This document shows, piece after piece, positions 9,215 through 15,205 of a stretch of DNA of 64,000 nt. How positions within the stretch are numbered: position 1 is the stretch's first letter; every line of letters begins with the position of its first letter. Below the pieces are notes generated by a model, which saw only the letters and a list, made by a program, of their open reading frames with translations, was not told the DNA's origin and made no database searches. Source of the DNA: a bacterium. Its GTDB lineage: Bacteria > Electryoneota > RPQS01. The stretch is taken from positions 142,797 to 206,796 of the forward strand of contig JADJCU010000002.1 of the NCBI GenBank assembly GCA_016703065.1, written 5' to 3'. The translations under genes were made by a program, and so were the position numbers.

Positions 9215-10933
9215 ATGAACCGTAAAAGACTACATCCCGCACTATTCCTGCTGATCAGCCTTCTAACCGTCGGCGTTGCGTTTATCGGCTGCGAAGGCGA
9301 CCAAGGTCCGGCAGGACCTTCCGGACTGAATCCTGATTCGGCGCCGATCATCACGGCGGTCGTCGCCGCACCGGATTCCGTCGGAACAGGCGAGAGCACG
9401 ACGCTGTTTGTCAGCGCCTATGATCCGAATGGCGACGCCATGACCTATCAGTGGTCGGCAACCAGCGGCACGCTGTCGAATCCGACTGCCGCCGTAACGA
9501 ACTACACGCCGCCCAGCGGCATCGGTCTCTACACGATAACCGTGACCGTTACCGACGCCGATGGAAGCACCTCCGGCACAGTAAACGTCGGCGTGAACAC
9601 CTACGTACCGTCAGTCTTCCCGAGCTTCTTGGGTGACAATGCCAACCGGTGCAGCCACTGCCACGAAGCCAAGGTCTCGGGCTGGGAAACAACGCACCAT
9701 GCCGAAGCTTACGCGTCACTCGTAGCCTCTGCCTCTGAGAACAACCCGTACTGCTTGCAGTGTCACACCACCGGATGGGACGACATCGTTGCCTTTGATG
9801 GCAGCGTCACCACTCCCGGCGTGGACAACGGCGGCTACGATGACTATGCAAATGTCAATCTGCGCAACGTAACCTGTGAAGCCTGCCACGGCCCGATGGG
9901 CCCGGACTTCTCGTCCCACGAACCGGACATTGAACTTGTCTCCCGCGGCGAAACCTGTAATCGCTGCCACTCGCAGTACGAAGAATACCAGACTTCGGGT
10001 CACGGTCATGCGATCGAAGTGGCCGGTGGAGTGGAAGAGTTCAACACAGAGTTTAATCGGTCAAGCTGTAACTTCTGCCATATCTCCGAAGGCTTCATCA
10101 AGAAGTGGGATCCCGACTGGGCCGACCGTGCCGTCCCGGCCGACGGCTGGCAGGTCTCCTGCGCAACATGCCACGACGTGCACTCGCTCAACGCCGAGAA
10201 CAACCCCGCCTACTTGCGCGGCCTCGATGAATTCCCGATCGTGTACGCCGGTCCGGATCATCCCGACACACTGTGGATTCCGAACGAAGAAGAAGGCTAC
10301 CTGAGCTTCGGCAAGGGCCAGCAATGCGCCCAGTGCCACCACGCTCGCCGCAACGAAGCCAACATCAATGGCCAGATCAACAACGGCTCGGCTCACCCCG
10401 GTCCGCACGCATCGTGTCAGGCCGATATGATTATCGGCCGCGGCTCATACGAAATTCCGGGCAAGACCTACGTCCGTGAGTCCCCGCACCAACCGGATAC
10501 CGAAAGCGGCGAGACTTCTTTGGAGAATATGTGCGTGACCTGCCACGTTCACACGATTCCCGGCGACACCCCCGGACACGACTATCACGGCCACAGCTTC
10601 GCCCCGGTCGTTGAAGCCTGTCAGCAGTGCCACGGTACCGGCAGTGATTTCGACTACCACGGCAAACGTACCGAGATTCAGGAGTTGATGGATTCCCTGT
10701 TCGCCATGTTGCAGAACGACGGCGCTGAACCGATCTTCGATACGACGCTCACTGAGCGTTACGAGCGTGAAGCCGCCTACGCCTGGTTCTTCGTCAACAA
10801 CGAAGGCTCGATGGGTGTCCACAACTACCCCTACGCACATTCGCTTCTGACCAACGCCATCGACCATCTGCATGAGAATGGCGCTGCGATCACCGAACCG
10901 AAGCCGACCAAGTTCGCGTTCTTCAAGAACTAA
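9215..10933 (+). CDS. Lipoprotein multiheme cytochrome c (9 CxxCH) with N-terminal PKD/Ig-like domain
   Basis: 572 aa. Signal peptide plus lipobox (LLTVGVAFIGC). An Ig/PKD-like segment (YDPNGDAMTYQWSATSGTL...YTITVTVTDADGST). Then nine CxxCH motifs (CSHCH...CQQCH). Confidence 0.85.
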   Translation: MNRKRLHPALFLLISLLTVGVAFIGCEGDQGPAGPSGLNPDSAPIITAVVAAPDSVGTGESTTLFVSAYDPNGDAMTYQWSATSGTLSNPTAAVTNYTPPSGIGLYTITVTVTDADGSTSGTVNVGVNTYVPSVFPSFLGDNANRCSHCHEAKVSGWETTHHAEAYASLVASASENNPYCLQCHTTGWDDIVAFDGSVTTPGVDNGGYDDYANVNLRNVTCEACHGPMGPDFSSHEPDIELVSRGETCNRCHSQYEEYQTSGHGHAIEVAGGVEEFNTEFNRSSCNFCHISEGFIKKWDPDWADRAVPADGWQVSCATCHDVHSLNAENNPAYLRGLDEFPIVYAGPDHPDTLWIPNEEEGYLSFGKGQQCAQCHHARRNEANINGQINNGSAHPGPHASCQADMIIGRGSYEIPGKTYVRESPHQPDTESGETSLENMCVTCHVHTIPGDTPGHDYHGHSFAPVVEACQQCHGTGSDFDYHGKRTEIQELMDSLFAMLQNDGAEPIFDTTLTERYEREAAYAWFFVNNEGSMGVHNYPYAHSLLTNAIDHLHENGAAITEPKPTKFAFFKN

Positions 10934-10991
10934 CTACTCAGGCTTAAGCGCCTGCGGGCCTCATCGCCCGCCGACGCCCATTCTTAGCGGC

Positions 10992-11028
10992 GGCGGATTC
11001 CTTGCAATGCTATGGCAAGGAATCCGCC
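10992..11028 (+). terminator. Strong intra-operon stem-loop (attenuator, partial terminator or processing site)
   Basis: Perfect 14-bp stem GGCGGATTCCTTGC-N9-GCAAGGAATCCGCC between the 572-aa cytochrome stop (10933) and the barrel start (11064). It is followed by ccGCGCATTTTC. Confidence 0.45.
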
Positions 11029-11063
11029 CCGCGCATTTTCAGAAGGGAAATAATCGCACAACC

Positions 11064-12308
11064 ATGCGAATATCCAAGTCTATGCAGATGTTACTGCTGT
11101 TAACTCTGCTTCTCGGAATCGTCGGCCCGCCGTGGACGACCGACGCTGCCGCCGCGCCCACGTTCACGGGCCGAGCCGGACTCTGGTCATACGTCCGCGA
11201 TGATTCCGTCGACCATGTCCAAATCGTCCCGCTGCTCAGCCTAAACGTCAATCGCTTGGGCTGCAGCGAAGAGTGGGCCGTCGAAACTACCTTCCGCGGC
11301 TTCGCAGACTATCAGAATGGCGCAACCAACGGCTCGGCCGTCTTGCGTGCTCACCGTGCCGTGATCATCTGGAAAACCGAAGGTACCGGCTGGGAACTGC
11401 GCGGCGGTCAACAGTGGGTGAGCGAAGGCATCGGTCGCGGCAACGACGTCGGACTCTGGAGTCGCCACGAGTTTAGCCGCAAGACCGACCTCCGCGCCTA
11501 TGTCGGCGCGCGCCTTCCCAATACGCTCGCCTTCGATCACGCGATTCCCGAAACCGGCATGACCGGAGGACTGAATTTCCGCACGAAATTCGGCCCGCGT
11601 CAACTCGGCCTGTCATACTTCTACGTCGGCGACGATGCCCGCGTCTTGTTCTCCGGGTTGGGCTTCGACTACTTTTGCGCATCACTCACCGATGTGACGA
11701 TTCGTATGCGCTTGCACATGAATCTCGAGCAGGAAGCCATCGAGACCGGCCAACTCTCCGTATACTGGCAGACCAATGACAAACTCTTGATCAACGCCGA
11801 CGTGCGCTCGCAGACTCCGCGCATCTTCGAGGACTCCTTCTTCTCAATCTTCCTCGACGAAGCCAAGACCAACACCGCCCGCGCGGGTGCTGAATACGAA
11901 TTCTACAGGCACTTCTTCGCCACCGGAATGGGCTATCTCGTCTTCACGGAAGAGGACATGCTCTACAAGACTCGCCTCGGCCTTGGGTGCAAAAAGATTG
12001 AAGTCGGCTACACCCACTGGCTCTCTGCCGGTAAGGGCGACATGGACGGCTTCTACGGCGAAATCAAGCACGGCTGCAAGGCGCTCGACGGCTACGCAGG
12101 CTTTGACTACGCGCGCGGTTCAAACAGTGAAATTCGCCCCAACAGCGAGGATCAAGTCATCTTCGCCGGCCTCGATTGGTCGCCCAAGTCGTACTTCACG
12201 ATTGGCGCGCGCGGCGAACACTTGAAAGACAGCGAGCGCAGTGAAGACTTCCGCGCTCTCTTTTCGCTCATGACCACGTTTAAGTCAGGCGTAAGGAGCG
12301 GATCATGA
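11064..12308 (+). CDS. Putative outer-membrane beta-barrel (porin-like partner of the cytochromes)
   Basis: The internal ATG at 11064 gives the signal peptide MRISKSMQMLLLLTLLLGIVG...AAAAP. Many alternating amphipathic strands are present (LGLSYFYVG, IRMRLHMNL, LSVYWQT, GAEYEFY, IEVGYTHW, GYAGFDYA, VIFAGLDWS). There is an aromatic near-terminal strand, ALFSLMTTF. No heme motifs. Confidence 0.6.
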   Translation: MRISKSMQMLLLLTLLLGIVGPPWTTDAAAAPTFTGRAGLWSYVRDDSVDHVQIVPLLSLNVNRLGCSEEWAVETTFRGFADYQNGATNGSAVLRAHRAVIIWKTEGTGWELRGGQQWVSEGIGRGNDVGLWSRHEFSRKTDLRAYVGARLPNTLAFDHAIPETGMTGGLNFRTKFGPRQLGLSYFYVGDDARVLFSGLGFDYFCASLTDVTIRMRLHMNLEQEAIETGQLSVYWQTNDKLLINADVRSQTPRIFEDSFFSIFLDEAKTNTARAGAEYEFYRHFFATGMGYLVFTEEDMLYKTRLGLGCKKIEVGYTHWLSAGKGDMDGFYGEIKHGCKALDGYAGFDYARGSNSEIRPNSEDQVIFAGLDWSPKSYFTIGARGEHLKDSERSEDFRALFSLMTTFKSGVRSGS

Positions 12309-13081
12309 GAACCATGGTGATTCTTTTCACGCTCTGCGCGGCCTCCGCATTTGCGTCTGAACACGCGCTCGTCGGCTCCGACGGCAAATTACCTTCGGCC
12401 TTCAAGCATGACGTCCACATCGAGCAGGGCGTCACCTGCGCCGCCTGTCACGTCGGCGTGGAAACCAGCGTCAAGGGCACGGACAACCTGATGCCCCTCT
12501 GGTCCGTCTGCTCCGACTGCCACTCACCCGAAGACGTCGCCAACAAGGGCGTCGCATTGGGCGAGCAAAAAGACGGCTTCGTCTATAAGACCGTAACCAA
12601 CTACAGCCCGATCTTCCGTCATCAGCGCCATCTCGAGAAAGCCAAACTGGACTGCAACGTCTGCCACGCGAATCTCGATCAACCCGTCGCCGACGGCAAG
12701 CGCGGTCACTTCCCGCTGATGTCCGACTGCATGTCATGCCACGAGCAGCGCTCAGTGCATCGCGATTGCAAGACCTGCCACCTGCCCGGCGAAAAGCTGA
12801 CTCCCGACGATCACAATCTAATGTGGGATCAGCGTCACGGCTTGGCCTCAACCGCTCCCGATGCGCAGTGCATGATGTGCCACATCAGCGGCACGAAGCT
12901 CGACTGTCAGGCCTGTCATCAGGGCGACGCGGTGATCAATCCGCATCCGCGCAACTATCTCCGAAGCCATGGTCAGGACGCGCATCTTTCGGACTTCCGC
13001 TGTGGAACCTGCCACGAGCAGCGCAGCTTCTGCGTCGACTGTCACCGCGACATTCACCCTCGCCTTCATCTCGTGCAGTGA
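12305..13081 (+). CDS. Periplasmic multiheme cytochrome c (9 CxxCH, c3/c7-like spacing)
   Basis: 258 aa with a Sec signal (MRTMVILFTLCAASAFASE). Nine CxxCH motifs, many in the F.H..H....C..CH context. The start overlaps the barrel stop as ATGA. Confidence 0.85.
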   Translation: MRTMVILFTLCAASAFASEHALVGSDGKLPSAFKHDVHIEQGVTCAACHVGVETSVKGTDNLMPLWSVCSDCHSPEDVANKGVALGEQKDGFVYKTVTNYSPIFRHQRHLEKAKLDCNVCHANLDQPVADGKRGHFPLMSDCMSCHEQRSVHRDCKTCHLPGEKLTPDDHNLMWDQRHGLASTAPDAQCMMCHISGTKLDCQACHQGDAVINPHPRNYLRSHGQDAHLSDFRCGTCHEQRSFCVDCHRDIHPRLHLVQ

Positions 13082-13892
13082 AGATCGTGTCACCGAAAGC
13101 TACGACACGCATCCGAGTAACTGGATGGATCCGTTTAGCCCCGACTGGCATGGACAAGCGGCAATTGGTTCAAGTGGTGCGAGCTGCTTGGATTGCCATG
13201 CGATCAGTAGCGCCTCGAATAGCATGAACGGTGAAGGCGCAAGTGCCGCGACACCGACGGCAGGTGCTGCCTGCTATGATTGCCACTCTTATCCGCATGT
13301 CGCGGACATGAATCGATCACATGCCGAGCACTTCCGCACTCTGCAGAACTGGTCAACGGTCAGCAACTGTCGATCCTGTCACGGTGCGGACTTCGCCGGA
13401 GGCCGCAGCGGCGCGAGCTGTAACGAATGCCATACGCAGCAGGGTGGACCCGCGGCGTGCAACACCTGTCACGGCATGCCACCCACCACGACTCGTCCCA
13501 TTGGCGGCTACAACCCCGGCGTACATGCCGCGCATTCGCGCTATGCCTGCACCGAGTGTCATGCTCGCGTGAATGGCTTGGATCATATTGACGCGTTGCC
13601 TGCCGATGTGTCGTTCGAGAATGCTCGCATCTCAAATCAACACGGCTATCCTGTGAGCTACGAGAGTCTCGGCGGCGGCAACGGGACGTGCGCTACCTAC
13701 TGTCACTCGGACTTGCACAGCGGTCCGCCGCGCGTCGCGGTGGCTTGGGCAGCTGGCCAGACATTAACAACGTGTGTCTCGTGCCATTCCGTGCCGCCGG
13801 TGTCGGACTTTCATCCAAACAATCCGCGCTGCCACGAGTGCCATCTGAACATCGATCCGGAATTCGAACTACAACAATCCGAACGCGATTAG
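12969..13892 (+). CDS. Lipoprotein multiheme cytochrome c (8 CxxCH + 1 CX3CH), Geobacter-type C..YCH...CxxCH..PP repeat
   Basis: Lipobox FTLAFISC near the N-terminus. The motif GTCATYCHSD...W....TCVSCHSVPP resembles the Geobacter CxxxxCH...CXXCH domain. The start is uncertain: ATG 12969 or GTG 13002, and both overlap the upstream gene by 80-113 nt. Confidence 0.7.
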   Translation: MVRTRIFRTSAVEPATSSAASASTVTATFTLAFISCSEDRVTESYDTHPSNWMDPFSPDWHGQAAIGSSGASCLDCHAISSASNSMNGEGASAATPTAGAACYDCHSYPHVADMNRSHAEHFRTLQNWSTVSNCRSCHGADFAGGRSGASCNECHTQQGGPAACNTCHGMPPTTTRPIGGYNPGVHAAHSRYACTECHARVNGLDHIDALPADVSFENARISNQHGYPVSYESLGGGNGTCATYCHSDLHSGPPRVAVAWAAGQTLTTCVSCHSVPPVSDFHPNNPRCHECHLNIDPEFELQQSERD

Positions 13893-13975
13893 GTTCTTGC
13901 CCGGCGACACCCTTCACGTAAACGGCGTCGTCAACGCGATCTTCCCCGGATAATCGCCATCTGCCTTGAAATAGC

Positions 13976-14017
13976 AAGCGGCCCGGCATACGAGAGATGT
14001 CGGGCCGCTTCATTTCC
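13976..14017 (+). terminator. Terminator-like hairpin after the plus-strand cytochrome operon
   Basis: 10-bp stem AAGCGGCCCG-N15-CGGGCCGCTT followed by CATTTCC. The T-tract is weak. Confidence 0.55.
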
Positions 14018-14760
14018 GCTCCGCTCTCCCCCCAAAGTTGCCGCAACTTTGGGGGACAAAGGGGGGCCTCTGGCCGGAATCTCAAGCGCTAGCGCAACCA
14101 GTCCAGCGGCACGCTAGCTCCCCTTCTCCGTTTACGGGGAAGGGGCGGGGGATGGGGTTTTGCCTCCGCTCGTCGGGGCGGCAGAACAGGCAGCCCGTCT
14201 CGTAAGGATGCCGCCCGCCCTCCGCTCTCCCCCAAAGTTGCCGCAACTTTGGGGGGACAAAGGGGGCCTCTGACCGGAATCTCAAGCGCCAGCGCAACCA
14301 GCCCAGCGGCACGCTAGCTCCCCTTCTCCGTTCACGGGGAAGGGGCAGGGGGATGGGGTTTTGCCTCCGCTCGTCGGGGCGGCAGAACAGGCAGCCCGTC
14401 TCGTAAGGATGCCGCCCGCCCTCCGCTCTCCCCCCAAAGTTGCCGCAACTTTGGGGGGACAAAGGGGGGCCTCTGACCGGAATCAGGAGCGCCAGCACAA
14501 CCAGTCCAGCGGCACGCTGGTCTCCCCCCAAAGTTGTCTGCAACTTTGGGGGGACAAAGGGGGGCCTCTGACCGGAATCAGGAGCGCCAGCACAACCAGT
14601 CCAGCGGCACGCTGGTCTCTCCCCAAAGTTGCCACAACTTCGGGGGGACAAAGGGGGCCCTCTGACCGGAATCAGGAGCGCCAGCACAACCAGTCCAGCG
14701 GCACGCTGGTCTCTCCCCAAAGTTGCCACAACTTCGGGGGGACAAAGGGGGGCCTCTCGC
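14018..14760. repeat. Nested tandem array of palindrome-bearing repeats (2 units of ~200 bp, then ~3.5 units of ~94-95 bp)
   Basis: Six copies of the 27-nt palindrome CCCCCAAAGTTG-ccg-CAACTTTGGGGG are centred near 14042, 14242, 14444, 14538, 14633 and 14727. Each is followed by conserved sequence that includes a second hairpin, CCAGCG-gca-CGCTGG. The 200-bp units carry an extra ~105-bp structured insert. Confidence 0.9.
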
Positions 14761-14796
14761 GCCTCCCCACTTATTGCCCAAATGTATAACATATTG

Positions 14797-14824
14797 ATTA
14801 TAATTGATTGTCTATATTTGACAA
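14797..14824 (-). promoter_or_regulatory. Near-consensus sigma70 promoter pointing into the repeat array
   Basis: On the minus strand: TTGTCA-N16-TATAAT (11 of 12 consensus positions) within an AT-rich island. No ORF lies downstream, only the repeat array. Confidence 0.45.
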
Positions 14825-14846
14825 ATCCCGATTTATGTATTATATT
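14818..14846 (+). promoter_or_regulatory. Near-consensus sigma70 promoter with no downstream ORF (orphan; possible ncRNA or antisense transcript)
   Basis: TTGACA-N17-TATATT (11 of 12) with an AT-rich upstream region. Its -35 overlaps the -35 of the minus-strand promoter. About 350 nt of non-coding sequence follow before the 3' end of the convergent gene at 15206. Confidence 0.45.
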
Positions 14847-15205
14847 AGCGTCAGCTAACCAAACAAAACCGCCCCGGAGGAACCCGGCGGAAGAGGCCAA
14901 CCACACGGCCTGAACGGGCGGTCCAGTCTGATCAGCAAAGAACTTGTCGTGCTGGCACGCCCCTCCAAGTACCTGCGGGGAAACCGAGACCACTACAACA
15001 GACGACCGCTTAGAAAACACTCATTGTAAGCGTAAACGCAGCGCCTGCGGGTCCAGCGTCTACGCTGGAAAAGAAAGCGGCCTCAGCTTTCGCCGAGACC
15101 GCCACTACATCAATCGTCCAATCATCAGCGAAGCGCATTAGGTCCAGCGGTACGCTGGCCAAGGCCGCAGGTGCAGGACCCAACCCGGCTTCCGCCGGAG
15201 CTTGT

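Noticed and set aside
10872-11063. The N-terminal 64-aa extension of the barrel ORF as given in the ORF track.
   Set aside because: - It overlaps the end of the upstream cytochrome gene.
- It is Arg/Ser/Pro-rich.
- It is encoded across a 14-bp-stem hairpin.
- The internal ATG at 11064 yields a proper signal peptide.
14018-14760. CRISPR array. The region has regularly spaced palindromic repeats next to an AT-rich leader-like region.
   Set aside because: - The sequences between the palindromes are themselves conserved from unit to unit, so there are no unique spacers.
- Unit lengths (94-95 and 200-202 nt) do not fit repeat+spacer periodicity.
- No cas genes are present in the window.
14082-15020. 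The 312-aa minus-strand ORF, and the 142-aa (14361-14789) and 94-aa plus-strand ORFs spanning the repeat array.
   Set aside because: - They are translations of GC-rich tandem repeats.
- Repeat periods are not multiples of 3, so the repeated peptide drifts between frames.
- They have Pro/Gly/Arg-rich low-complexity sequence, no RBS, and no signal or domain features.
14850-15205. A known structured RNA (tmRNA, RNase P RNA, SRP RNA or 6S RNA) downstream of the orphan promoter.
   Set aside because: - There is no GGAAAGUCC/ACAGAACCCGGCUUA-type RNase P core, only a loose AACCCGGCTTC resemblance.
- There is no tRNA-like acceptor/T-arm and no ...ALAA tag reading frame for tmRNA.
- There is no GGAA-tetraloop domain IV for SRP.
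The RNA is left as unassigned.
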